A stretch of DNA of 64,000 nt from Bugula neritina (GCA_964035545.1 OZ037773.1:959751-1023750), one strand, 5' to 3'. Positions 1 to 12,813 are shown, numbered from the stretch's first letter. Program-made: numbers and translations. The notes: a model not told the origin generated them from the sequence alone.

Positions 1-2240
1 AGCTACTACTACTTCTCGGCCTTCCTGCACTTGAGACAGCACAGCGCCAACATTCTGGTCACTGGCGTCAGTGTTGAGGATGTACTCCAGAGCGGGGTCT
101 GGGTAGGCCAAGATGGGTGCCGTCAGTAGGCAACCCTTGAGGCGATCGAACGCTTCTTGTTCGACCGGGGTCCTCTGCCCCGTCACCCCCCTTTGCGGTG
201 AGCCGGTTTAACGGCTGGGCTATGCCCGCAAAGTCTGGTATGTATTGTCTGTAATACCCTACCAGCCCCAAGAAAGCCCGGAGTCCGGTCAAGTCTTGGG
301 GGGTGACCCAGTCTTCTATCGCCCGTACCTTTTCGGGATCCGTTGCCACACCGTTTCGACCGACAACGTGCCCCAGGTACTTGACCTCCGGCTGCAATAG
401 AGCGCACTTGGAAGGTTTGAGCTCAAGACCGGCACCTCGGAGTCTCTCGAAGACCTCCCGCAGATGACTGACATGTGTCTCGAAATCTCGGAAGATCACG
501 ATGACATCATCGAGGTAGATCAGCAGTGTCTTCTAATGGAGCCCGCTGAGGACTTGCTCCATCAGCCTCTGGAAGGTGGCTGGGGCAGAGGTTAACCCGA
601 AAGGCAACACCTTCCACTTCCACAAACCGTTCCTTGTGATAAACGCCGCTTTCTCCTGGGCGTCGGGACTCAGAGGAACTTGCCAGTAGCCACTCAGCAA
701 GTCTAACCTACTGAAGTACTTGCTGCCGGCTAGGGCATCCAATGACTCGTCAATACGAGGTAAAGGGTAAGCGTCCTGTATGGTTACGCTATTGAGTTTG
801 CGGTAATCCACACAGAACCGCCAACTGCCGTTTTTCTTCTGTACCAGTACGACCGGCGAGCTCTACGCACTATGGGCGGGCTCTATGAGGCCGCGGTCCA
901 GAAGATCCCGTACTTGTCGGCTAACCTCCTTTTCTTTTTCTGGCCCCAGCCTGCGTGTGGGTTGGCGGACAGGGACTGTCCCTGCAGTCAGCGGTATTTC
1001 GTGTCTGACAACTCCAGTCAGCCCCACGTCATGATCTCCGCTGCTGAACACATCACCGTAGTCGCGTAGCAACTTCGCCATAGCTTAATGTTCCTGGTTG
1101 CTCGCGCAGCCACCACAGGCTGTCTCATATAACTCCCGGATGTGAGTTGGGACCACTCCTCTCTTTTGAGTAGGGTGTCTAGGGGGTGTCTCCGTCGCAT
1201 CACCCAGCGACGGGCCCACGTCCTCTTCCTGGACGGAGTGAATTTGGCCCAGCATTGACCCAGCTGGAAGCTTGATGGGCTCGGTAAAGGGGTGTTGACA
1301 CACTGCACTAAGATCTCCCCTTGCTCAGTTAGTCGGTTTAAACTACTGGCGAGTTGGATCCTTTCGTGCGCGCCTTCAACGAACCCGAGTCTTGCTATCC
1401 GGTTGCTGTTCACTCGGCAGTGGATAGTGGCTCTGGAGCGTCCAGGTACAGTGCAGTTTCGAACTACCTGAACACCGCCCACTAAAGGACGCCCAAACTT
1501 ATTCACACAGGCGAGTTCTCGCCCGCCCATCAGCACTGCCGACTTGCCAAAGTCTATGCGGCATTGGTGCTGCTTCAAGAAAGGCATTCCGAGGATAGCA
1601 TCTTCCTTCAGCTGGCTTATGACAAAGGTCTCTTGTACAGCCTGGTCTCGGACACGCCCAGAGAGCTCGCTAATACCGTAGAAGGGAATACACGACCCGT
1701 CTGCTAGGGTGCCATGTTCTCCCGTAGGCCTATACGGTCGTACTCTATCCCTGTCTTGGCGGGGCAGTGCCTCAAAGACTCTACGACTGAGAAGGTTGGT
1801 AGTACAACCGCAGTCTAGCAGGAAGGTGACGACGTTACCCGCCACCTTTCCGGGTAGGAAGTAGCTCTCTCCGTGTGGTTGTACTTTCCCCCCCCCGCAT
1901 GTGTTGTCCTAAGTGGGTAGGACGGCGGGGGTTTTACCCGTGGTTTACGGGGTTTCCGGCGACGTGGTCGGTGCCGGCGGGGTTCGGAGCTCTCCACTGG
2001 GCCTTCTGGCTCTAATTTAGTGGCGGGCTGCTCTTCCCGAGGTAACCGGTGGAACCGGTTGGTGAGTGGCAGGGAGAAGGTACTCGGCCGCTGTGCGGGC
2101 CTGCTAGTCCTGCGTGGTACCTGCCACTCGGGGGGAGTGTACCGTCGTGTCCGTACGGACAGGCGGCAGCGTGTCCCACCCTGTTCCTTCAGTTTCGGCC
2201 CGCGGGGAGGAAGGGCGTCCGCGGGCCGTGACAGTTTAAC
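1..2240 (-). pseudogene. pol: G1 pol (PR-RT-RNase H start), frameshifted and with stops
   Basis: ORF fragments 68-499, 533-811, 863-1081, 1085-1303 and 1018-1845 are collinear with G4/G5 pol. Confidence 0.92.
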
Positions 2241-3055
2241 GCCCCCTGGTGTTGGGGTCGTCCTGGCTGTCTATGGTCTTGACCAGCACTAGTCCAGCCC
2301 GGCCCCGCAGGTGCTGGGGGCAACCGCGGTTCCTGACCGGGGCCAGCGCTGGCAAGAATCGTTACCAGCTGTCCCAACATCTCTACCATACGGCCCACTT
2401 CGGCTTCCACAGGGGGAGCTTTGGGGCCCGCCGTAGCTCTGGCAGCACTGACTCCAACTGCTGGTGGGTTCCCTTGCGCTCGGTGCATTTGGGTAGCTAA
2501 CAGATAAGCTTCTCCAGCCTTTAAGGCATCCTCTATCGTGGTGATCCCTTTAGCTCGTAGTTGGTAGTGTAGGCCCAGGTCGTTCAGTGACTGGACGAAA
2601 GCGTCGTAGGTGTAACGCTCTTGGTGTTGTGCTGGTAGGTCACCATATGCAATTTGTGCCAGCTTCTTCACCGTCGCGGCATGCTCTTGCAGCGAGGTCC
2701 GCGGGGTGCGGCACAATCTCTGTAACCGGGTCCTGGCGTCTATTGCGGAGATGCCAAAGCGGCCCCGCAACGCAGCCAATATCCCGTCTACGTCCGTTCC
2801 TATTCCGTACGGCTTGGCTTGCTCCGCCAACGCTCTCCACAACTAGATAAGGGCCACTCTATGCGGCCATTGTGCAATATTGATGACTTCTCTAAACTCC
2901 TGTATAAACTATTCGACATCTTCTGACCCAGTAAAGGTGGGGGCTTTCAAGCGATATCGATAAGCCTCTTTTCCCACATGATTCACAGGAATGACATCAT
3001 TTCTTCGCTCACCTTCTACTGGGGGTGGTTGCATTCTAGCATTTTCAGTCTCCAT
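2189..3055 (-). pseudogene. gag: G1 gag with one premature stop (~2843)
   Basis: ATG at 3055 (METENA...); highly similar to the uninterrupted G4 gag 32637-33503. Confidence 0.9.
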
Positions 3056-3069
3056 CTTTGATGTACACT

Positions 3070-3087
3070 ATCCCACCGCTGCCACCA
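3070..3087 (-). promoter_or_regulatory. Primer-binding site complementary to the 3' end of tRNA-Leu
   Basis: TGGTGGCAGCGGTGGGAT, 1 nt from the LTR end, is the complement of ATCCCACCGCTGCCA-CCA (tRNA-Leu AAG/TAG type). Same or near-identical PBS at 18695-18712, 32605-32622, 53264-53281, ~57737-57754 and 60444-60461. Confidence 0.9.
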
Positions 3088-3088
3088 C

Positions 3089-3394
3089 TGTTGTATTTTT
3101 CAGAATTAGGGTTGATGTGTAACCAAGAGAATCTATTTATTGCTAGAGACTTCACCAGGATTAGTCGGGTTGATATCGTTGTATTTTAAGCACAAGAATA
3201 CATAATAAAAAGGATATACAAACTGATAACAAATCACACGTCTATTTAATTTACTGCACTATCCTCAACTGACTAGTAGCGCGAAGTTAACTACTGCTAC
3301 TCACTAGCAGCTTCGCTAATTGGCTGAGTACATTGTTCCGGGTCAATACGCGACCCTGCGTATTGTGCTGTTGGTAGCTCCACGAGCCACCACA
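3089..3394 (-). repeat. 5' LTR of G1
   Basis: 306 bp, TG...CA, similar to the G4/G5 LTRs. Confidence 0.92.
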
Positions 3395-3778
3395 GTGGCC
3401 TCCAGCCTACATTTATGCGGCTCTCAAAGGCATAACAAATAAAACTATTTTTCACACATATATGAATTTGAGAGATAAACCAAATTTTGAATGTATTATT
3501 TATATAAATGCTAAAAAATGTAGTATGCAGTAACTATTGGGACTTTATTTTGTATTGATAAATAAGACTTTAGAATGATATATCTAAAAATAACTGACGC
3601 TGCGGTACCCAGTTCAAACTAAAGTTTAAAATATGGCTGGTGCCACTGGAATATTCCCCTTCAGAGGCACTCCCTTTGAAAGGTTGGACACCCCTGGTCT
3701 AGCACCTTACATGTCAACTAAAAATTTCACATTCAAAGAGTAGGTATAACTAGAAAAATATTGATGATGCTTACTTAC

Positions 3779-6415
3779 ACTGTGGTGTGATGGCAACAGT
3801 TTGTTCAGTACTCCCTCTCTTCCAGTTAGAATGTTTTGTATCTGTACAGAATAAAGTTAGTCCAGCTCTGTCTGTCTCTGTGGGAGTATATTTTCCAGCC
3901 ACTGTGTTACCATTTACCTCTGATAAACAAAACATGTATATGTATACTATTTCTTCAAAGACTCCCTGCACACTTCACTTATGCAGTACTGAAAGATTCT
4001 TATAATAATATGTTAGTTTTCATTTACATACTATTTTAAGGTTGGATGGTAAAGGTAAAGGCGACTGGAAATTTGATTCCCATGCAATCAGAAATCCTAA
4101 AACATTTTAGCATATACTTAAACAACATTCATCTTAAAACAGAATGCAAATGAAAAGTAACATATATAAGAATATTTTAATACTGCATAAGTGAAGTGTG
4201 TCAGGGCAAGAAAACTACCAGAGAAGAAGCAAAACATATAAATACAGTCTACAAGCACAATTCTATGGTAAATTTGCTCAGGACTCATTTATGCACATTT
4301 TCTACTTTCCTGCAATACTTAAAAAAATAAATTGAAAAGATTTTTCTGTAACAGTTGCTAAATCAGCCTTAAACCTTCTTTTAGCAAAAAAATTTAGTTC
4401 CAGCTTAATTTTAATAAAAAATTTCACGATATAACAGGCGAGTTAGTTTGTGGTTGACGAATATTATTGGTTATTTAATTGAGACTGAAAAAAAAGACTG
4501 TAGACACTTTTTTTCGAATCATCTAACTTTTTACATTTCAATCTATTATAGCAAACTGATTTATAAACTATTGTAAACTCATTAGATAATATTCTTAGAG
4601 TTTTACAACATTCAAATATTTATATAATTAAATAGGAATACAGACTCCCTCGAAACCTACTGGTCCCGATACCCTTATCTGTGACATAGCAGAATACCAG
4701 ATTTAACTCACAGAACAGTTAAATACCGACATTTTGTCTCTATATATACGCATATACATAAGTTACAAAAAGAAAATTCAAGTTCATCTCATGTCTTATG
4801 TTACTTTGTCAGGAATGGACAGCTCTGAGATATGAAGGGAGCACTGCATATTTCATCACTTGTATAACAATAATTAGCTAAACTAAAACCTGGTTTGTTG
4901 TTCACTAAATTTAAAATTTAATTTGCTTCTAGTTTTCTAGATAGAAATTTGGGGAAGCTTGTTGCACAACATTTAGACAGGTATATACTTACTGTATTCA
5001 TAGACTGACACAGGATCTGCTCCTGTAGAGTTACAATCAAAGGTAAATTCTTCCCCTTCTATAATAGTTGCTGGTTTATTAAGTGATATGCCAGTTGGAG
5101 CAACTGTAGAATAAAGAAATGCACAATATACATTTTTAAATACAGGTGCATTGATGTATTGTAAATTAGGTTAGGACTGCAGTAAGGGCCGTGTGCTATA
5201 TCCTGGGTAAATTGTGTCAATAAAAAGTGTAAATTTAAGTAGCAAAACTGCAACATTCCAAGTCTGCCTATGATAACAGTTATCTGAAACTACTTGCCAA
5301 CCAGATATCCTTATGTGATCCTAAACAGAAAATCTCAAACAAAGGCATAATAAACTAAAATTTGTCCTCTACCAAACAAGGATAGGAAATATACTATTTT
5401 GATTTAACTAACCACCACCATCATGGGAAAAGTTAAAGTTTATCACGCGATCTTTCCATGAGATACTGAACAGAATTTTTCAACAAAGGCCTAATATAAC
5501 AAATATTATCCACTATCCATAAAATGCATATCAATCACACTATTTCAATACCAATAATACCAATCTTGGGAACAGTTAAATTTGTCTATGAGGAAGAAGG
5601 AGGAAATTAGTTAGAAACTATGAGAAGTTGTACTAGAAATGGCTAAAGTGGTATATAAAGGCTATCAGTGACCAACGAAATTAGTTTGAAGTGTTCACCT
5701 TTGACTTCCATTGAAATTTTTAAGGAGAGAACTTCTCCCACACCACCTCCTTCAAACCCTCTACAGTAGAACTTCCCTTTGCGTGATGAATCAGTTGCAG
5801 TGAGTTGTACAGAAAGAGTGAACCCTTCAGGTTTACCAACTGAGTTACAGTCTGCATGGCTGACTCCAGAACCTTCTATTCCAGAGACAGTAATAATTTC
5901 TGGAGTTGATGAACTCCGCCATACTGTGTCATCCTCAGCACTTCGAGTACATCCACTTTGATAGATTGTACTGTCTCCATCAGCTTCATATCGTAACTGT
6001 AAAGTTCTCAGATCAGTATAACCAGATGCTTCACATGTGAAGGTTATATTCTCATCTTTATAGAAGTCAGGTGAGCTTGTAGTAGTGTAGTTCATCTCTG
6101 TAGATGGTTGACCTAAACATATGTCATTTTAATAGTTTAGCTCAATACTAATCCAATTGTGGAAATGAAAAGAAGAATTTTGGCCAACTCATTCAGACTT
6201 TTATGTGACACTGCCATCACAAGAAAGGAACATCTACAAGTTGTGTGAGCATAAAAATCATATGTAAAAGGAATAGAAATGTGGTTACCAACATTCATTT
6301 AAAAGTAAGAACCAGACTTATCAATCACTGAAAATTTATTCAGAAATATTCACTTACCAATTGTGTAGCTAAATAGTACTAATACTTTAAAAATGGTTAT
6401 CCAGGGAAGTTTCAT
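3779..6415 (-). CDS. Ig-superfamily receptor gene copy 1, exons visible in window: 6358-6415 (signal peptide), 5699-6112 (V-like Ig), 4993-5103 and 3779-3919 (second Ig domain); downstream exons beyond G1 or outside the window
   Basis: All exons have canonical AG/GT sites and phase-1 junctions. They splice in frame to MKLPWITIFKVLVLFSYTIGQPSTEMNY..TFTCEASG..GKFYCRG..EVKVAPTGI..FTFDCNSTG..LTLFCTD..; paired Cys typical of Ig folds. Confidence 0.85.
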
Positions 6416-7299
6416 ATTCCTGAAAATAACAAATAACACTAAATAGTATAAATACTGGCCTGCATACTTAAATATATATTAGCTATAAAAACCAGCTAGG
6501 AAAAAATACTGGATAAAGAAATGTTATAAAATTAAAGAAATTCATAAAAGCAAACGCCATCATTATGATGAATGAAGTTAACAGCTGGAAATGTAGAAAC
6601 TGCCTACAAATGAGAACCAGTGAATTAGTGTGTGCAACAGACAGCAGGGTGGCCAGAATCATCTTGAGGTCACAGCAAATCAAAGCAAGCCAAGTCACTG
6701 GCTAACCAAGTTAGGTTTAGCGGATTGAAAACAATGACTGGAAAGAAAATAGATTGAATAGATTTCAAAGTTGGATAAGTTAGTTTTAATTTCAACTATT
6801 TTGAAATTTATGTCTATCTACATAAATAGATTTACTGAAAACAATGATGAAGTTAAATTTAATATGTCATGCAATGCATTTCTCTACATGAATATTCTAA
6901 AGAGGAAAAGTTTTATTACAAGTAATTCAGACCTGCAAGCCTAATAAAGTGATATGTATATAAATCTAGTGTCAATTACAGACAAAAATAATCCAGTATC
7001 TATCTACAGTCATTATAATATCTATAAAATAACATAACTCTTTGTATGAGAAGAACAAGATGTAGTGTTGTCTTTAGTAAAATCAAATCTTTATTGTGAG
7101 TAGAATGGGTAGTCTGTATCAGGTGAGCTCCAGTGGCAGACTGAATCTACACTGAGAGCTCATCTGCTTTTATACACAAAAATTCACAGTCCAGAACAGG
7201 GATGGGCAAATGTTTTTGAAATGGGGCCGGTGACAGGGCAATTGTGGGTGGGCCGGCCAGGTCTTTTTTATCTGGCTGCCTGGTAGTCCGGGATCATTG

Positions 7300-8560
7300 C
7301 CTCACCATGCCAAAGCTATCTGTATAGGCCGGGCAATAGTTGGTTCGATTGCGGTCGAGGTAGCGCTAGCTCTGATCAGCTGGGTAGATAGCAGGGTGGT
7401 AGCTTCATCTTTCATCTCCTGAGTTAGGTCCAAGCAGTTCATTGATGTGGGGTATCGCCGCATACTTCGGCCAACACGACCCGAAAAAGCTGCGTGACTG
7501 TTGGCCATGTGACTGTGCCGGTCTGAGGGTTGTGCTTCTGGAGTCGTCAGGAACATTCCGGATCCGAGGCTCAAAGTTTTTACCCGTATTGGGTGTACCA
7601 CTCCTCTGTGGGGACATCTCCAGGTGTCCCTCGTGGTAGTCGGCCAAATATCTAGGTGGCCTCCTACTCCTCTGGATTCTTTCAAAGGTGGCTGATCTTG
7701 TACCCTTGGTGGCTCCTTAGGTGTTGTGGGTAGGGGCCCCCACTGCCACCCGCGTCAGGGGTGGGAATGTCCTCCACTGGTGAGGGTGCTGGTTTTGGGG
7801 CCTGCTGCAATGGATGGTCTGGTGGCGGGGGTGGCTCCAGCTCAGAGTCAGGTTCCGGCCTCTTACAAAGATCACTACCTTTCGGGTTGGGTCACTTTCC
7901 CTCCAACTTTGGGTTGACGATTGGGCTTCAAGAGGGGTGAAGCTTGTCTTACTGCGTCTAGACTATCCTGGTATGGTATCAGGGGCTGCTCACTCTGAAC
8001 TGATACTTGCCCTAGCATTTCAAACAATACATGTGGTTGGGTAGCCCCTCCACCACACAGTAGGAACCCAATATTTTGGGCTAAAGCTTAGCCGGTTGTC
8101 CACATAGCCTACAATAGGTCACCATCCAGACCCAGTCCTCTGCTTGGTATAGGGGGAGCTACTCGAAGTGTTCCGTCCGCATCTGCCATTGCTTCTTCCG
8201 CAAAGCAGCATGGGCCTTGCCCATGATCTTTACCAGCTTCTCCATGTACTAATGTACTGGGGACTCGGGAGCTGGAACACGGTACTTCAGGTGATCCGGA
8301 ACCCGTGTTTGCCGGCAAAGCATCATCAAGTTTGAGGTCCCCTCCGTGCTGGATTGTGGTGTGCTACGGTAAGCTCGCATGATCTGAGGCAGCACCGCGT
8401 CCCCAGGAGATAAGTTGCAAGGGGCAGAGAGGATGATCCCACGATCGGGGAGCCCGCCTGTCGGCCTGGTCGCTTTGCAACTCGGTCACCGTAGCCTGTA
8501 GGCCCTTCACTATGTTCATCAACATGGTGAGCTGCGATGGCTCCGGCGATTTAGTAGTCC
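7300..8560 (-). mobile_element. Highly decayed Gypsy-derived remnant (also at ~40100-41350)
   Basis: Minus strand reads ..PKILGSYCVVEGLPNHMY..GQVSVQSEQPLIPYQDSLDAV, matching the family integrase C-terminus (PKFVGPYVIVEAMPNHTY..GQVSIQNESRLKPYWASPDAV). Present in both duplication units, so it predates the duplication. Confidence 0.65.
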
Positions 8561-8798
8561 GTGACACTAGTAAAACTAAATGTATTTTCAATGTGTCTGT
8601 TGGAGCACATCAGTTGTAACTGCAAGAGTGATTATTATTAAATTATTATTGTTAGCTACTTTATCAGCAATACTCTGTTATAATTTAAATAGTAATGCTA
8701 TAGCTCAATCACAATTGTATGTGTTAAATGAGTAAAAATTATTGCAGTATTTTCACGAGGAGATCTAGTCGGGGAGTCCCGCGTTTCTGTTTGAGAGG

Positions 8799-9047
8799 CT
8801 AAAGGCCAAGCTGAGAACATGGGTCGGTAACACTTTCTCGTCCCTTTAATCCAGCAATAAAGCTTACTGCCTTGTGCTCTAACATTTCCAGAGACTCAGT
8901 GTCTTTAGCTAATGTTGGATCCCATACGATATCTACGTACTCAAAAATGGAACGGATTAGTGTAGGCCAGTAGCTTACCTTCTCTGGGGGCATCATGTAG
9001 AACATGTTTAATTGCTCCCAGAATTTTTGAGGCCTTTTCCTTTTCAA
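8799..9047 (-). mobile_element. Non-LTR (CR1/L2-like LINE) ORF2 C-terminal fragment; duplicate at 41572-41820
   Basis: TLIR(S/P)IFEYVDIVWDP..LEMLEHKAVSFI resembles the LINE post-RT motif LVRPxLEY..VWxP..LExVQRxA. Confidence 0.65.
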
Positions 9048-10949
9048 ATGTAATATGATTGCTGTAGTGGTAATTTAATAATTACATTCAGTGGCTAGCT
9101 TTGGCTGGCATACGATATTGGCTGTCTGCATAATATGGAATATTATTGTTATCTGTATAAACTTCAGACTGCCATTGTCCTACCAGCAGACAGTCCATAT
9201 CAATAAGGTGAATAGATGAATAGACACATTGCGGTTTAGTATTGCAACAGCTTGACTTTACTGCTTATGATTTGGATTACATAATCCTCAATGACTAAGA
9301 TCATAAATACTTTCAATTCATAACTCTGCTGTCTAGAAACCAGAGTTTGACGACCTGCAGTAATATAGTTATATTGGTGAGTGTGGTGTATGTGTGGCTT
9401 GAAAGAAAATGAAAAGTATAAAAGGGAGTGTGTATGAGAGAACGAGAGGAAAGAGAGAGGAGAGATAGAGTGAATGAAGAGATTGAAGATTGTGCAGAAT
9501 GCATTAAGCTATATGAGCGAGTGCTAGCCCACTTGAGACTTGACAATACCCCTACAAACAAATACCTCTACAGACTGATGGGAGCTGGAGTCACCTCGCA
9601 GCCAAGCCAAGCGACCTGTGCCTGTATGCTGGACTCGAGCTCACCTGAAGGCTACAACCCAATTATATTATTCGGTGAGATGCAATAGCTGATAACTCCA
9701 TATCCCGATATAACATGATGATCCGATTTAAGGTTTGACTGCATTAAAATTCCCAAGTATGTTGTTGAGTCTCCCTAATTTATCTTTACTTTACCTAGCT
9801 TGTACAGAGGTTTGTAATTTCGATAGGAATACGAAATTGAATATGAATAACTATACCTAACTGTAACTATAACTATAAGTCAATAACTATTAGCACTACT
9901 ACTGGAATTGTGATTGTATTTATAATAATTATCACCATCACAATCAATATTATTACCACAATGAACATCTTAATCAAAAATATAACATCATTACTACAGT
10001 TTTAGTTTATTATTATCTCAGTTGAGGTAGCACTTCCGCAGCAACTGAAATGCCTATAGAGAGGGAAGCCTCTTGTGACAACTTATAATAATATTACACC
10101 AGAGTTAGCGCTTGTAGTTGTACTTGTTACATTTACAGCAATTGCTGTTTGATCAGTAATCATAATGAGTAATTGCAATCAGTTATTCATATATCATATA
10201 TGATATAATGATTCATTACTATTCAAATGGTGATCATAATATTATTATTAATCATAATGACAATCATAATGGATAATAAATATAAACTTCAATATGATAA
10301 TGATTGAAATTTAAATGTGAAAATCAAAAAGAAAATGAAAATCAAATAATATCATTATTAAATTTAAATCAAAATGTCATTTCACATTTGTCCTTGAAAT
10401 TGAATTTGACGAAAAATATTTAAACTCATATTCAAATTTAAAGTAGTAATAAATTTGTATACGTTTACGTATTTTATGACAGCTTCCACGCACTACTATA
10501 CTAGTGCAACACACCAATCAACAACTAAACATAGTCACTAACTGTAAAGTGAGCACTTAACATAATTAATTAAAGTAGTAAAAATAGCATAGTGTAATGA
10601 ATACCTAATAGTTGGTCGAGAATTCAGTGTTGCGTTTAGTATAACGTTTCATTTAAATAAGTTATCGCATCGCTTGATTCTCGCCTACGCAACGACTGCT
10701 AGTTGTATTAATTAGATAGCAGCACGCCCTCGCCCATTGGCTGTGGTTTGACGCTTTGGTAGCCCGGATGTTCGTTGCAGACTGAACCTACAGCTAGTAG
10801 AATAGTAGCGCTCTAGCAATGCAAGTTTCATCGCATCAATAACAATCAAATTTAATATGATATAATTATTAAAATGTAAATCAATTTGAATTGTGCATCA
10901 ACAGCACACGCGAATCTGCTTCTTCTAGCTCACTGTCACATGGTGCAAT

Positions 10950-11232
10950 TGTAGTAATTCGTGCAATTACTGTGCGTGAGTTCCTAGCTTGTAATTATGA
11001 CTTGGTTATCCACCGCAATATAGGGCTTTTGATAAAATTAGAAGAGATTTATTTATAAGTACATACTAATAAAAGAGTATAAGAAAACACACGGGTTAAA
11101 GGATTACATCTTTCTGTTACTAGTTCGCTCTCTCTACTAACTACTTTCGTTACGCATCGCTAGGGGTTATCACCTGACGCACTCCTAATTGGCTATATAA
11201 CACGTGGACGCGTGTTTTACGTACTCACTACA
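10950..11232 (-). repeat. 3' LTR of another Gypsy copy, with adjacent PPT and 3' UTR fragment (to ~11385)
   Basis: TGTAGT...ACTACA termini; G-rich PPT (11233-11245) followed by the family agcag(a/g)aagcc motif seen next to the G4, G5 and G7 PPTs. Confidence 0.8.
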
Positions 11233-11642
11233 CCGCCCCCCCCCCAGCAGGAAGCCTAAATTCCTGATAATACAAATACAACTAAAAAGATACAACAATA
11301 AAAAAATATAAAACGAAAAGGGAGAGCTTGTAGGGTATGTACATAAAAAAACACATATATATATATAAAAAAATATAAACAGTATGAACTAGTCTTGCCT
11401 TGTTTAACTGCGTGCATTAGTAGCTAGCAATAATTGTCCAGCCGAGTATAAGAGAGATTGTACGCATTCCAATTGTCAGCTATTATGCCAAGCGTATAGA
11501 GAGTAAGCCACGAGGAGTTATCCTTTCCATAATAACATAAACTAAAATCCCTTACATTCTCCTCACCTATCGAAAGGTACACTCTCTAACTAATACACAA
11601 TTGAAAAAGAATATAACACATAATAATAAAACAGTATAATAT

Positions 11643-11985
11643 TGTTGTGAGTTTTAGCACAATAATCAAGCGTGGATTGCCTGCGTATTTAGTTTCAATT
11701 TAACTAGCAACTACTAACAGAGCTTGCGTACGATAACCTTTATTTAATTCGATAAACATAATTATAACAGTAAGTCAAAACCACAATACATCAATCAATT
11801 ATAAACACGTCTAGCTACTACGAGCCCCTGCTCTCGACAACGTGGTTTCTGCTAGCTGACCCACGAACAGTCACTTGACCGGAACCTTGCCTTCCGGTCC
11901 TTCTGATTGGTTGGTAGAACATGGTTATAAGTATTCCCATACAGGAGGAGACAAATGCATTATTATGCTACGTAATCCCATTACA
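11643..11985 (-). repeat. Solo LTR of the G7 type inside the G2 3' region
   Basis: 343-bp near-perfect reverse complement of 60100-60442. Confidence 0.92.
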
Positions 11986-12813
11986 CCATAAAATAAGTAT
12001 CCTACTCATTAGTCACAAGAGTTCCGACACACACAATCTATTCACATCACCTCCACAAAGAATAAGTACCAGTTGCTACCAGTCAGAGGGGTATGGGGAA
12101 GTCGGGGTTGTAAGGTTACTTTGCTAGTCGTCCCTCGAGTCTCGTATTTAGTTTAGTCACTTCAGCAGCCACCTGTTCCTGTTCTTTACAGAGACGAGCC
12201 ATCGTCGCTGTAGCTTCTTTACATCCGTCAACAGGGACTGGTCGGGGCTAGCGTTTCGGTTAATCGGGCCACGGGTACTCTTCCTCTTCTACGGTCAGAG
12301 GGGGGCGGTGGCTGTGTGACGGTAGGATCTATCTTCTATTTCCTCAACCTTGAACGGTCTCACCTCCAACAGAATGCCAGAAACTGTTGAAGGGGTTTTC
12401 ACCTGGTCAGTACGACACCTCGACTGAGTCTCGCAATCTACTAACCACTGATTATTATGAAATCACGCGGTCGACTGCCTCACTCAAGTCGTCAGTGAAA
12501 TCACCTGACTTGGGAAACCAGCTTTATCGTTATGATAAAGCGAGACTGATTTAAAGCTACCAGCTTGAATTCCACTCAAATAGTAGAATTATACTAGTAG
12601 ACTTACCATAAGGCAGCCACGACATTAGTCTGCTGCCCACTTAGGCCTCGTAGTACGGCAGCCTGCCGGGTACGTGCATGCAAGTTGGCAGTTGAAATAG
12701 AAAAGAACGCTCTTCGCAGTGAAAGTAATTACATAATACCTCCTTCACTAGCGAGCTGGCTTCGCTCTTTCCATTACCTCGCCCCCCAGACTTGTTATGT
12801 GCTGGTTGACAGG

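Larger units (their letters stand above)
1..3394 (-). mobile_element. Ty3/Gypsy LTR retrotransposon G1 (5' part; runs off the window start), defective
   Basis: 5' LTR 3089-3394 (TG..CA), PBS 3070-3087, gag, protease (LLDCG), RT ([17 protein letters not shown]) and RNase H start; several stops and frameshifts. Inserted in an intronic MITE of Ig gene copy 1 (empty site at ~28739). Confidence 0.95.
3395..10949. repeat. Segmental duplication unit 1 (paralogous to ~28739-43708)
   Basis: Collinear high identity with 28739-32297 plus 39760-43708; ends at an LTR insertion at 10950. Confidence 0.95.

Noticed and set aside
3070-3087. tRNA-Leu genes
   Set aside because: Only 18-nt 3'-end complements next to LTRs, i.e. 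primer-binding sites.
6483-6698. Hydrophobic 71-aa ORF upstream of the Ig signal exon (duplicate 31825-32040)
   Set aside because: GTG start, AT-rich intronic/upstream sequence; conservation reflects the duplication only.
9428-9688. 86-aa ORF identical in both duplication units; possible Helitron-like repeat 9330-10702 ending in CTAGT
   Set aside because: Identity is explained by the recent duplication; no recognisable domain, and no convincing hairpin or termini.
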